Shown piece by piece: positions 25,559 to 38,160 of a stretch of DNA of 64,000 nucleotides. Origin of the DNA: Octopus vulgaris. Taxonomy: Eukaryota. How positions within the stretch are numbered: position 1 is the first letter of the stretch; each line of letters begins with the position of its first letter. The notes below the pieces were generated by a model. The model was given only the letters and a program-made list of their open reading frames with translations, did no database searches and was not told the origin of the DNA. Location: the NCBI GenBank assembly GCA_951406725.2, contig OX597816.1, forward strand, positions 114,886,001-114,950,000, in the 5' to 3' direction. A program made the position numbers and the translations under genes.

Positions 25559-26062
25559 CTCTCTCGTTTTGTTACCATATGTACATTCCCACATACATAT
25601 ATATTCACATATGTCCCTTATTCTTCCTTCATTTTCTCTCATCCCTCCACCTCTCTCTGGCATGCACATGCATTCATACATATATATATATATATACATA
25701 CATAAATGCTTGCATACATACATTCATGCATATATACATACAAACATGCATACATACATGCAAGCATGCATGCATTCATATATACATGGGAAGAGTGGTT
25801 GAAAGGAGAGAAATTACAAGATATCTGTGCATAATATATGCATAAATATACACAAGACGCATGCACAAATGAACATATTTACATGCAGATAAACACACGA
25901 ACATATATATCGCTAGAGAAAATGTAATACAGAAATAGTGACAATCAGAGATATAAGTATGCATAATATAATCATAAATATAAAAACCAATAGAAGTATG
26001 AACATGTTTATAGACATATAGACACATTTTTGCACCGTTACATTAATTGCATATGTGTGTGA

Positions 26063-26104
<42 letters not shown>

Positions 26105-26159
26105 CATATATTATATATATATTATATACATATATTATATATATATTATATACATGTAT

Positions 26160-26230
<71 letters not shown>

Positions 26231-26962
26231 GTATTATATATATATACATGTGTGTGTATGTATTTATTTTTGTATATGTGCATGTGTTCTATATGCATAT
26301 ATATGTATGTTTGTATATACATATGCATGAGCAAGTATAGAAATATATGTATTTGCACATCCATACACACGCACATGCGTACACATACACCTACACACAT
26401 GCATGCACATATACGTACATGCTCATACACATATATACACAATCGTGTGTACATTGCATCACCCCTCCCTCCATCAACACATGCACACATATGTACAAAC
26501 ACAGTGCGTTGAACCCAAATTAAAATAAGCCAAGAAACAAAAGACGATAATTGTCTGCTTTTCTGAGATTGACATTAACAGCCAAGTTCTCAGTGACAAC
26601 GCTCTAATGAAAACATCTCAGAACATTCTAGAAAGACTTCTAATCTACAAATAAAAAGCATTAATCTTTGCAGTGATGAAGTCTCAGAACATTTCTGTGG
26701 AATGATGGCTCATTCCAGCACAGCTCATCTGTTGATGTCAATAAAGGACACCAGGGATGACTATCTGTGTTTTTATCTGTTAATTAATGGGGTACTCTGC
26801 TTTGGGTTTAGATTGATGGCTGTAGTTTTGTATATTGTTGTTATCTATATTACAGTACAGCTTGCTTTATATTATGTTGTACTCTAAATAAAAGAGGTTG
26901 TTGTTGCTGTGGTGGTGGTGGTGGTGTTGGTATTGATGGTGATATCATTATCATCATTATTA

Positions 26963-27410
26963 ATGCAGCAAGCTGGCAGAATTGTTAGCATGCAGGGTAA
27001 AATGCTTCGCGGTATTTCATCTGTCTGCATGTCCTAGGTTCAAATCCTGCCAAGGTTGACTTTGCTTTTTATCTTTTCAGGGGTCAATAAATTAAGTACC
27101 AGTTGAATACTGCGGTCAATGTAATCAACTAGCACCCTCCCCCAAACTTGCTGGCCTTGTACCAAAATTTGAAACCAGTATTATTATTATTGTTGATGAG
27201 CTGGTAGAATCACTACCATGTGGGATAAAATGCTCAGCAGCATTTTAGCCTGTCTTTGTGTTCTGAGTCCAAATTTCACTGAGCTTGACTTTTCATTTTA
27301 TAATTTGATAATACTTATAAGGTGAAAATACTTACCTGTCAAGCACTGGAGTTGATGTAATTAACTAACCTCTCCCCCAAAATATCAGGCCTTGTACTGA
27401 TGGTGGAGGG
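26963..27410 (+). mobile_element. Two tandem SINE family B copies
   Basis: Family B motifs; an opposite-strand copy lies at 27770-27983. Confidence 0.8.
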
Positions 27411-28020
27411 AAAGAAAAAAATTGTTGCTGTTTATCTTTAGCAGACCTTCCAGCAGTGACCATCTCTTCTCTTACTCAAGTGTAGAGAACCCACAGTCAC
27501 ATTACCAACAAGGTTTTACTTTTTTTAAGTGGTACAATTTGAGGCAATTTGGCTGTTATATCTGGCAGATCAAGCCACCAAGCAAAAGCTCCCTCATATC
27601 TGATCCACATTAATTTTATCATACACAAACATCCTACATCAATAGTTGTCCTTTCTCGTATAGAAACACTTCATACAGAAGACTTGCATGTCCACAAAAT
27701 CAATGATGATTTTTCTTTAAAATACACACTTGGACCAAATATCAGCAATCAAGCTATATTAATATATTGGTTTCGAATATGGGCATAAGGCCAGCAAATT
27801 CAGGGAGGGAGTAAGTCTATTACATCAACCCCCAGTACTCAACTGGTATTTAGTTTATCGACTCTGAAAAGATGAAAGGAAAAGTCAACCTTGGTGGAAT
27901 TTGAACTCAGAATGTAAAAATGGACGAAATGCCACTAACCATTTTGCCCATGGTGCTTATAATTCTGCCATCTTGCTGCCTTAAGTTATATAAATATATT
28001 ACTATTAATATTTCTTTTAT

Positions 28021-28364
28021 ATCTCTGCCTTTGTGAAGGCGGAGGTACTGTTTTCAGTCGTATTTGTTAGTTTGTCCATGGACAAGATATCTCAAGAACT
28101 GCTGGATGGATTCTTGGCCTCGTATCTGACACAAACTGATTAGATTTGGGGATCGATCTGGTACCAGACAAGGATTCTGGATTATTTTTCATGTCTTTTT
28201 ACTTAATTTTTGAGAGCAGTCGGGTTCACTTTTAGTATTCTCGTTTATGAGAGCAGTCAAGTTTATTTTAGATATTCTCATTTTAAAAGTCATCTCTGGC
28301 TAATCATTGAGATGACATTGGTTTTGCCTTGGCGGAGGTTTGTACTCTCTGAGGGTTTCTTGTT
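28021..28364 (+). mobile_element. Helentron-type non-autonomous element (HINE/DINE-1-like)
   Basis: 5' hairpin ATCTCTGCC-TTTGTGAA-GGCGGAGGT, 3' subterminal GGCGGAGGT, then a short hairpin ACTC-TCT-GAGG and T-rich end. Confidence 0.7.
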
Positions 28365-28704
28365 CTTATTGCTATCCTATTTATTGCTTTGTTATTTTAA
28401 TTTTTTTATTGTATTTATTATTTTCATTTATTACATACATTATTTTCTTTTTCTTTATTATAAGCATTGTTTTTATTAATTTAAAAAACTTACTTTTTAT
28501 TTATATTTTTGATAAAATTTCATCTTCATATATACATACTTTTTAAAATTTTCTTATTTTTTTCTTTTCATAGTTGTCATACCTTTACAAAAACTTTGAA
28601 TGTCAGATCCATTGATTTAGTCTGTTACATATGTGCCTGTATTCTTATGTAGCCGTAGGTATATACATGTGTACCTGTTGGTGCATGGAAGGTACATTTT
28701 TTTT

Positions 28705-28875
28705 TAAATATGAAGATAGGGTAAAAAAAACAAACAGGGTATGTTAGGTTTACACTCAGGAAAATTAGCTGCTTTAATGTTTCAAGCGTATGCTCTTCTA
28801 TGGAAAGGCTAGATGAGGAGGGAAAAAAATAAAGAGAAAAGAACAAATGTGTCTCAATTAGATGCTCACCACATC
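28705..28875 (-). mobile_element. Penelope-like short repeat related to P2, degenerate hammerhead
   Basis: Minus strand CTTT-CCATAGA-AGAGCATACGCTT-GAAACATT-AAAG. Confidence 0.5.
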
Positions 28876-28979
28876 AAGTATGTATATACTCTTATGTAGG
28901 TTTATGTATGTGTGTGTATATATATATATATAAATATATATGTATAAATATATATACACACACACATATATATGTATAT

Positions 28980-29065
<86 letters not shown>

Positions 29066-29866
29066 TCCTTTTGTTTCTTCTTAAATAGAATTTCACATTC
29101 ACATATATCAGCCAGTGAGTAGATGTTGAGAATTTATGTTATGTAATCACTCCCTACTGCCTTAAGAAATAGGTTACATCAAACAATGGAAAACCCTGAT
29201 GTACAAATATATGTGATGGTCGTTACTAGAATATTTTGATCATAGTACTCAATTACAGCTGACTTGCTAATTAAACAATAACAAGAAAATCAACATTTAT
29301 GAACCTGCCTTCTCCTGCTTTCAGAACTATCCATCTACTTTTCCATCCCCTTCAACCTTCTATCAGTCTGAATAATTTAGGTGTCTCTGAACACTAAACA
29401 AAAATGATGAATTGTCGTTAGAGAGGCAGACAGAATGACTTGTAGCTTGCAGTGTTCTGCATTCGAATATTACCAAGGTGAACTTTGCCCTCCATCCTTT
29501 CAGGGTTGATTTAAAAATACTAATCCAGGTCGGTAGACTGGGTGAGATGAGGGTGGGGTAACTCATAGAATATCAGATGTTTGTCTTGAAGTATCTCTTT
29601 CTGCTCTCAACAATTTAACAGCGATACCTTTGTGGTGCCAAGCAGCAAAAGCCTTACCTTTTCTGTGGACACTAATAGGGGCATAGATATGGGAGACTTG
29701 CATGCACAGACATCAACAAAAACCTTGCTTAAGTCTTCCTTAACCTTTTAGCATTCAGACTACTCTGTCAAATGTAATGCTCATCTATTTACATTGCATT
29801 AAATTAATCATATCTTATCTTGTACTGCTAAGTATTAAATGATGTGATCATTTAGATTTAGAATGA

Positions 29867-30064
29867 CACCATGTATTAATTATAGAAAATAGTCTAATAT
29901 TGGGGCTTATAAGCTCTCAATGGAAAACATGTGTATTAGAATGTGTGGGAATCAAAAATAAAAGGTCTCTGTTTGATTCCTATGCATACTAACACCCATT
30001 TTTTTTACCCATTGAGGGCTTATATTCCTCAATATTAGACTATCTTTTATAGCTAGTATGCTGT
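29867..30064. repeat. Imperfect ~200-bp palindrome
   Basis: ATAGTCTAATATTG..ATAAGC.CTCAATGG / CCATTGAGGGCTTAT..CAATATTAGACTAT; inner GGAATCAAA / TTTGATTCC. Confidence 0.85.
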
Positions 30065-30096
30065 GAACACTTGTAAGCTTAAAGCTTATAGCTATT

Positions 30097-30546
30097 ACTC
30101 TTTTACTCTTTTACTTGTTTCAGTCATTTGACTGCAGCCATGCTGGAGCTCCATCTCTAGTTGAGCAAATCGAGCCCAGGACTTATTCTTTGTAAGCCTA
30201 GTACTTATTCTATCAGTCCCTTTTGCCGAACCGCTAAGTTATGGGGATGTAAACACACCGGCATCGGTTGTCAAGTGATGTTGGGGGGACAAGCACAAAC
30301 ACACACACATATATATATATATTCACGCAAATACGCATATATATACAGACACACAAACTCACACATATACATATACATTTATACAACGGGCTTCTTTCAG
30401 TTTCTATCTACAAAATCCAATCACAAGGCTTTGATTGGCCCAAGGCTATAGTAGAAAACACTTGCCCAAGGTGTCACACAGTGGGACTGAACCTGGTACC
30501 ACGTGGTTGGTAAGCAAACTACTTACCACACAGCCACTCTTGCGCC
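30097..30546 (-). mobile_element. SINE family A, full length
   Basis: Reverse-complement match along its whole length. Confidence 0.9.
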
Positions 30547-30963
30547 TATCACCACTACATTATTATTTACAGAATTTTCAATCATCACCATTTCTTAATT
30601 TTAGAATGACATTGTAGGGTAGGTGTGAGAAGCTAGATTTGGCTGGTTTGATTATAAAATAGGTAGAATATTTGGTCGGTTTAAATGCTAAAGGGTTAAG
30701 GAGTAACTTTTCAAGTTTAGATACTGAGATTATCTGTAACAGATGACAAATAATATCATGAATGCAAATAATATTTACAGCAGAAGTGGGTGTGTTGCTA
30801 AGAAGCATGTTTTTCAAATACATAGTTGCAGGTTCAGTCCTGCTGTGTGGAACCTTGGGCAAATGTCTTTTCTTATTAGCCAAGACTAACCAATGTTTTG
30901 TGAATGGATTTGTTTGAGAGACACTGGTTGTACAGATGTGTGTGTGTGCATGTATGTGTATGC

Positions 30964-31005
<42 letters not shown>

Positions 31006-31064
31006 TTGCGTGAATATGTGTATGTATATATATATATATGTGTGTGTGTGTGAATATGTGTATG

Positions 31065-31118
<54 letters not shown>

Positions 31119-31334
31119 AGGCATGTATGTGTGCTTTTGACTGAGAGTGAAACTAAGAGACAGAAGAATGATGTGAGAATGAGGAAGAGTATGTGTGTGA
31201 GAGAGACAGAAAGACAGACAGAAAGGGAGAAGTGAGAGAGAGAGGTGAGAAAAAGAAAGAAGTAAGAGAGGGGATAGAAAGAGGATAAAGAGGGAACAGA
31301 GAGAGGATGGCAAAAGAAAAAAGAAATTTTAATA

Positions 31335-31743
31335 GGCGCAGGAGTGGCTGTGTGGTAAGTAGCTTGCTTACCAACCACATGGTTCCGGCTTCAGTCCCAT
31401 TGTGTGGCACCTTGGGCAAGTGTCTTCTACTATAGCCTCAGGCTGACCAAAGCCTTGTGAGTAGATTTGGTAGATGGAAATGGAAAGAAGCCTGTCATAT
31501 ATATGTATATGTATATATATGTGTGTGTGTGCTTGTGTGTCTGTGTTTGTCCCCCCAACATCGCTTGACAACCAATGCTGGTGTGTTTACATCCCCGTAA
31601 CTTAGCGGTTCGGCAAAAGAGACCAATAGAATAAGTACTAGGCTTACAAAGTATAAATAAGTCCTGGGGTCGATTTGCTTGACTAGAGGCAGTGCTCCAG
31701 CATGACCGCAGTCAGATGACTGAAACAAGTAAAAGAGTAAAAG
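31335..31743 (+). mobile_element. SINE family A, full length
   Basis: Complete; carries the ACAAAGTATAAATAAGTCC variant. Confidence 0.92.
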
Positions 31744-31951
31744 ACTAGATGAAAAGACTGAAAACAAGAAAGGTGGTGACTTAGAAAGAAGAGACAGACT
31801 GAGTGAGAGAAAGAGAGAGAGAGAGAAAGAGAAAGAGAGAGATAATAAGGGAGATAAAGAGAGAGAGAGAGAGAGAGAGATGTAAAGAGATTGAAACAAA
31901 GTTATGTGACTAGAAGTAGCGTTTGCCAATTGTTGACATCTCAAGATTTAC

Positions 31952-32000
31952 TACAGATGGTGAAGACATTAGTTTCCTGTGTAGACTGATTGTACCATCA
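31952..32000 (-). CDS. Candidate second coding exon of an unidentified gene ((N)DGTISLHRKLMSSPSV)
   Basis: Acceptor AATTTATGTTTCAG; continues the phase-2 frame of the upstream exon; donor uncertain (GTAAAT at 31951, otherwise frame runs to TAG at 31910). Confidence 0.45.
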
Positions 32001-32054
32001 CTGAAACATAAATTATTAGTGATGTATTCCTGTACAGATTGTCTATGCACTTCT

Positions 32055-32110
32055 CACCACCACTACCACCACTATCACCACCAGTGTCATTATCATTACT
32101 GCTGCTACAA

Positions 32111-32152
<42 letters not shown>

Positions 32153-32229
32153 TCACCATCACTGTAACAACCACTTCCATTAGCATTGTCACTTCAACCA
32201 CCAGCACAGCCACCACCACCACCACCACC

Positions 32230-32287
<58 letters not shown>

Positions 32288-32345
32288 ATACAAACTGAAA
32301 CAACTACCACCCCCACCACTGCTGCTTATGCTGCTGCTGCTGCTG

Positions 32346-32408
<63 letters not shown>

Positions 32409-32595
32409 TTACTGCTGCTGCTGCTGCTGTTGCTGCTGCTTTAATCATCACCATCATCATCAATACAGTCAATTCAACTATTACCCTCACTACCACTATT
32501 GCCACTGCCTTAGTTATTGTATCTCAATGCTTTTTAACTCTCACAACCACCACCACCACCACCACCACCACCACCACCACCACTACTACTACCAC
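32055..32595. repeat. Compound ACC/ACT/GCT trinucleotide microsatellite (candidate intron)
   Basis: Directly visible. Confidence 0.95.
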
Positions 32596-32647
32596 CGTTG
32601 ACACCACCATGGAAAACAAGCCAATAAGGGAACCTCCAACTACTCAC

Positions 32648-32757
32648 TTTTGCTTGCTCGCTTGCTTATGAGGACCCATCAAAGGAGATGACAGCGCTGA
32701 TCCAGGACGTTCATCTTCCTCCAACCCCAGCACATTGTTTCTCATGGGAGCAGACAT
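32648..32757 (-). CDS. Candidate first coding portion of an exon spanning 32980-32648 (MSAPMRNNVLGLEEDERPGSALSSPLMGPHKQASKQ)
   Basis: Unique GC-balanced sequence; acceptor TTTATGTCCCTCCCAATCAG at 32981; ATG in TCAACCATG context; donor AA/GTGAGT at 32647. Protein not recognised. Confidence 0.55.
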
Positions 32758-33290
32758 GGTTGACAAAATTCTGATGAGATAGACAGATTCTGTGGCACAG
32801 AGGGCACTGAAAGTGACCCCTGAACAACAGCCACAGGGGTTCTGATGGTGATGATGATGTCTCCTACCCTCTTTGTTGCAGTCTCCTGTGTTTGGTTTCA
32901 AAGCACTCTTCCTTCTCCGACATCACATGCCGGCTGCCATGGCTTCTGATTAACAGCCAGATTTGATCCAGGACCTCCAACTGATTGGGAGGGACATAAA
33001 ATGAGCGACCACTTGAGATGATCATGAAAATGAAGGACATCTAAAACTTCACTTTCATGACCATCTAACTATTCATGCAATCTGTTAAACGTAGCAACTA
33101 AATCCCTCATAAATCACACTCCATCATCTTAAAAACAAAGAAAGGAGAGTACACTGGATAGCACTGTGGATATATTATTTGAATAAGATGGAATGGTCAT
33201 GACTGGAATGTCTTTGATTGTATAACTATGATCGATTTTTATTTACAGGCATCTAAGACTACATAACCTAATATGTCAGGCCCTTATATA

Positions 33291-33704
33291 CTCTTTTACT
33301 CTTTTACTTGTTTCAGTCATTTGACTGCAACCCTGCTGGTGCAGCACCTTTAGTCGAGGAAATCGACCCCAGGACTTATTTATACTTTGTAAGCCTAGTA
33401 CTTATTCTATTGGTCTCTTTTACTGAACTGCTAAGTTACGGGGACGTAAACACACCAACATCGGTTGTCAAGTCATGTTGGGGGGACAAACACAGACACA
33501 AACACATACACACACACATAAATATACATATACATATATACGTTGGGCTTCTTTCAGATTCCGTCTACCAAATCCACTTACAAGGCTTTGGTTGACCCGA
33601 GGCTATAGTAGGAGACACCTGCCCAAGGTGCCACACAGTGGGACTTAACCTGGAACCATGTGGTTGGTAAGCAAGCTACTTACCACACAGCCACTCCTGT
33701 GCCT
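33291..33704 (-). mobile_element. SINE family A, full length
   Basis: Complete; same GTATAAATAAG variant as 31335-31743. Confidence 0.92.
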
Positions 33705-33713
33705 ATGAATATA

Positions 33714-34091
33714 CAGGTTGTCATCGACTTAGGATCTATCTGACTTACAACCGATCAACTTTATGACGATTGGCACACCAGCTCCTGGCAACAATAATAA
33801 ATAGTCCTTAATTTCTTAGAAATTAACCTATCTACAGATGATGCCAGTTAACAAATGCTTCATCCAACAAATTGTTGGAGGAGTATCCTGTCGTGGAGAC
33901 ATTGAGGCAACCTTGTATTTGTTTAAAGAATGACTGCTTGAGATTCAGAAATGTTTGACTAATGCCAGTATAATACAGAATGCTGTGTGTGTCTTTTACC
34001 TGAGAATGTAAAAAAAAAAAGCAATGCTATGTATAGGGCTAGACGACCAGTCAATTGGAACCAGTTGTGATCATAAGTTGATGATGACTTG
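33714..34091. mobile_element. pogo/Tigger-like non-autonomous element
   Basis: TA-CAGGTTGTCATCGACTTA ... TAAGTTGATGATGACTTG-TA imperfect TIRs. Confidence 0.7.
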
Positions 34092-34158
34092 TATATATAT
34101 ATGTATATATGTGTGTGTGTATATATATATACACACACATAAATATATATACATACAC

Positions 34159-34249
<91 letters not shown>

Positions 34250-34251
34250 TA

Positions 34252-34768
34252 TAAGCTGTCTTATGAATATTTATAGTACATGCATCCTATAGAAACTCAA
34301 CAAACAATTAAAAGAGAAGGTGTTAAAAGTTTTAAAGAATTTTAATCCATGCATATGATCATTTTGAATGGTTATATTAACATGTAAATAGTATGGAAAA
34401 AATTAGAAATTAATTTAATTTAATTATAATTATAATTAAATTAATTACCTATTACTGTTCTCCTCAATGTGAAAGTAAAATACATCAGAAGAATATTATG
34501 TTGTTACAGAAGACTAGATGGAATGAGTGTCACATAGCATATTCGGATATGCATAATATGCTTATGAAAGATGAAAGATAAAAACATGCTAAAGTAGTGT
34601 TGAGTCTAATTTTTTCCATGTTATTTACATGTTAATATTACCATCCAAAATGATCGCATGCATGGATTAGAATTTTAAAAAATTTATAACACCTTCTCTT
34701 CTCCATCTTTAATTATTTGTTGGGTTTCTATAGGATACGTGTTCTATAAATACTCATAATACACCTTA
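34252..34768. repeat. Inverted repeat, ~155-bp arms, ~200-bp spacer
   Basis: 34252-34407 is the diverged reverse complement of 34605-34768. Confidence 0.88.
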
Positions 34769-34780
34769 AACTTTTAACAC

Positions 34781-34880
34781 TTTCATTATTTACATTATTT
34801 ACAATATTTGCATTATTTATATTTGACGGATATTTGTCTTCATCTCGAAACACAACGTTTCGGCTGATATACCCTCTACA
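34781..34880 (-). mobile_element. 3' part of the P3 (tRNA-head plus hammerhead) element
   Basis: Minus strand ATCAGCCGAAACGTTGTGTT..GACAAATA.CCGTCAAAT.TAAATAATG matches 52845-52920. Confidence 0.75.
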
Positions 34881-34951
34881 ATTTTCATAATGGTCAGTGA
34901 TGGTCTTTTTTAGTCATGAGTGAATGGCTATCATATGTATGTATGTATGTA

Positions 34952-35073
34952 CAAGGGGTGTATGAAAAGTTTTGAGCCATCAAGGCCTTTGAGCCTTGAA
35001 GTCTTGTACCTTCATCAGAAGTCTTGTACTGTGTTTTGTTTTTTGAGGCTCAAGACTTTTCATACACCCCTCG
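34952..35073. mobile_element. 122-bp mariner-derived MITE
   Basis: 27-bp TIRs C(A/G)AGGGGTGTATGAAAAGT(T/C)TTGAGCC, 25/27 match, TA on both sides. Confidence 0.9.
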
Positions 35074-35085
35074 TAAATATATAAA

Positions 35086-35241
<156 letters not shown>

Positions 35242-36751
35242 GGTAAAAACTGCAGTTTAAATTCTTGGAGAGAAAGTATTATATTCTTGGATAGTTTTTG
35301 GATTCGTATTTTTGGATTCGTTTTACCTCTATATATATACATATACATATATATACATATACATATATACACACACACACACATATATATATCTTTAAAA
35401 AGAGGATATTGATAAAGTCACAATATTTGAATTTTTTAATGTTAAAAATTATCTTGATACAAATTATTTTGAATAAATACACTCAGACACACACACACAC
35501 ACAATTCTCTTTCTCACACATAGATACATTCAAGTGTTATAATTTTTTCAATAATTGAGAGCAGAGTACTAAATACATGGTGGTGAGTATATACTAATAG
35601 CTTAAACTAAATCCTTTCTCTTACAACTCAAGTTTCATGTCAAATGTTCATGGAGGCAGTATCCATGATTGTTGTAGCAATTCATTCCCCAATTCATTGG
35701 TTGATTTTGCTTGCATATTATATCTGGCTTCTCAGGGTTGCTACTTTTTACATTTCATGTCTTTTTTATTATTTTTAGGATACTTATTAGTAAAGTCTTT
35801 ATGGATTGATTTCATTATTATATCTTGTTTCACTAAATTCTGTTTATTTCATCATTTTATTCAAATTGTTGAGTCTTATGTTTTTCTGTGAGTATATTGT
35901 AACTGGTGTCTCTAAATTGTCATTATTTTTAATAGGTTTATTTGTTGGCCACTTTCTTTTCCTGTTCCACTGGGGCTGGCATTGTTATATTTCCACTGTC
36001 CTTTCTGCTGTTATTACACTATCATACCAGTATCTTTTATCTTCAGCTTGTTTCTGTCATTGGACTGTGGCCATGCTGGGACTCTCTGCCTTGAAGTGTT
36101 TTAGTCAAACAAATCAATCCCCAGTACTTGATTTGTTTGAAGCCTAGTACTTATTCTATTAGTCACTAATGCTGAATCACTAAGTTGTCAAGTTACAGTG
36201 GGAGGGAAACACGTACACACTCACACTCACACACACACACAAGGGGCTTTCAGTTTCTATTTACCAAACTCACTCACAAGGTTTTGGTTGGCCTGAGGCT
36301 ATAGCAGAAGATACTTGCTCAAGGTGTCATGCTCTGCTTTGAAAGGAGAAACCACCTCTGTTATAGACATGTCTTTTTTATAGTAGTTGGTAATGTTACA
36401 CGCACTTCATATTATGAATTACAATTTTATTGGGTGGAACCCTGGAAAGTGTTCTGCCTAACAACATATTTTATTGTTTTGAAATGTGACAAGACTGACA
36501 TTGGTGTTTATAGTTACCACAGCAAGTTTATGATTACTCTATGTTATTATATCACTTATATGATAAACTGTTAACTGTTGTGATTGCTTTTTGATAGAGA
36601 TTTAAGAGTGAATGCCAATAAGCCAGACATTATTTAGTTTTCTAAGGTTTTGTAGTGTCATGTCTGCTTGTCAAGCCAAGTAGCAAATTCTTCTTTTTGC
36701 CATATGAATTTCCTTTTAGCAGGATTTAATGATGGCTGAATCTAGTTTAAT

Positions 36752-37232
36752 ATTGGTTTCAAATTTTGGCACAGCAATTTTAGGAGAGGGGATAATTTGT
36801 GGGGAGGGGATAAGACGATTACATTGACTCCAGTGCTCAGCTGGTGCTGGTGCTTATTTTATTAACCCCAAAAGAATGAAAGCAAAGTCAACCTTGGCGG
36901 AATTTGAACTCAGAACGTAATGACAGCTGAAATGCCACTAAGCATTTTGGCCAGCATGCTAATGATTCTACCAGCTCATCACCTTCGAATTTAGTTTAAT
37001 ATTAATTATGGAAATAAGGTGGTGAGTTGGCAGAATCATTAGCACACAGAGCAAAGTGCTTAGAGATATTTTGTCTGTCTTTACGTTCTGGGTTCAATTT
37101 CCACAGGGGTCAGCTTTGTCTTTCATCCTTTTGGGAGTCAATGAAATAGGTAGCAATTAAACGCTGGGGTTGATCTAATCGACTTAGCCTCTCCCCTGAA
37201 ATTGCTGGCCTTGTGCCAAAAGTCAAAACCAA
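36752..37232. mobile_element. Two SINE family B copies, divergent (36752-36986 minus, 37016-37232 plus)
   Basis: Family B motifs on opposite strands. Confidence 0.8.
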
Positions 37233-37324
37233 CGTTAATTATGGGAATTTTGCCAGTTGAATTTTTTTATCTTTTCCTGGTTTCAGTCATAATATGTATA
37301 TATGTATATATATATATATATATA

Positions 37325-37620
37325 TAATAATTTTTGTGTAATAAGATAAAAAAAAACAAGGCTGTGTAGATATTAGAGCATTTATAGATAGAAGGTCTTA
37401 CAGCTGTTTCCAGATTATTTATTAATTATATCCCTTCACTGGAGACAGCATAAGAGGAAAGTTAAGTCATAGTTAGTTTAGATGTGATACAAAATAGAAA
37501 GTGAGGTGAAGGAAAGAAATTGATGCAAGATATGTATGGGTATTGAAGTTGTAAATCCATTTTTTAAGCATAATGGTATATATGCAATATTCCAATATCC
37601 TCTGAGTAAAGTCCAAAAGT
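37325..37620 (-). mobile_element. Penelope-like terminal fragment with degenerate hammerhead
   Basis: Minus strand GTCT-CCAGTGA-AGGGATAT...ATCTG-GAAAC-AGCT-GTA-AGAC at 37395-37446; starts in a TA tract. Confidence 0.5.
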
Positions 37621-37659
37621 CCAACAGAGTATAAAATGAGTCCATTCAAATATACATAC

Positions 37660-37720
<61 letters not shown>

Positions 37721-37722
<2 letters not shown>

Positions 37723-37980
37723 GGGTTCAGACAATATCTATTCACAATTTTCAGCTGCTAATTTTACCCATATTTTCTTTTACTTTCATTGATGGTCTTT
37801 TTCTTCTTAAAAACAATAACCATTTTAACTTATTTTTGCAGAAAAATTGACTATAGAAAATTTTGGATCCCCTAATTTGTGGAAGAGACATGGGGTCTTT
37901 CTTGGAATCCATGCTGGAAGGAGAAAAAAGGAGATTTCAGACTTCCTCCAACATCAGCAGAAAGATGGTGGAAGAGGTCA
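37721..37980 (+). mobile_element. Tc1/mariner-superfamily 5' fragment with transposase HTH start
   Basis: TA-CAGGGT start; WKRHGVFLGIHAGRRKKEISDFL then frameshifted NISRKMVEEV resembles a Tc1-like HTH. Confidence 0.55.
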
Positions 37981-38160
37981 ATCTAGTCAACTAACCACTG
38001 AGACTCAAAAACCGCTGGACTTGTGCCAAAATTGGAAGGCATTATTTCTGAAAATTAATAGGAAACTATAAGTAGTTTAATTTATATATTTTTAGCCAAT
38101 CAAATGCTTTCATTTGGTGACATAACATGTGTCATTGTTGTGGAGTTCAGCATACAAAAG

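Larger units (their letters stand above)
29744..30695. mobile_element. piggyBac-type MITE ends enclosing a palindrome and a SINE
   Basis: TTAA-CCTTTTAGCATT (29740) ... AATGCTAAAGGG-TTAA (30699). Confidence 0.7.

Noticed and set aside
29654-29670. 5-nt microexon CAG/AAAAG/GTAAGG on the minus strand
   Set aside because: Too short to distinguish from chance without RNA data
32186-32671. Poly-P/L/T ORF, and the similar 63230-63838 ORF
   Set aside because: Trinucleotide microsatellites with no splice support
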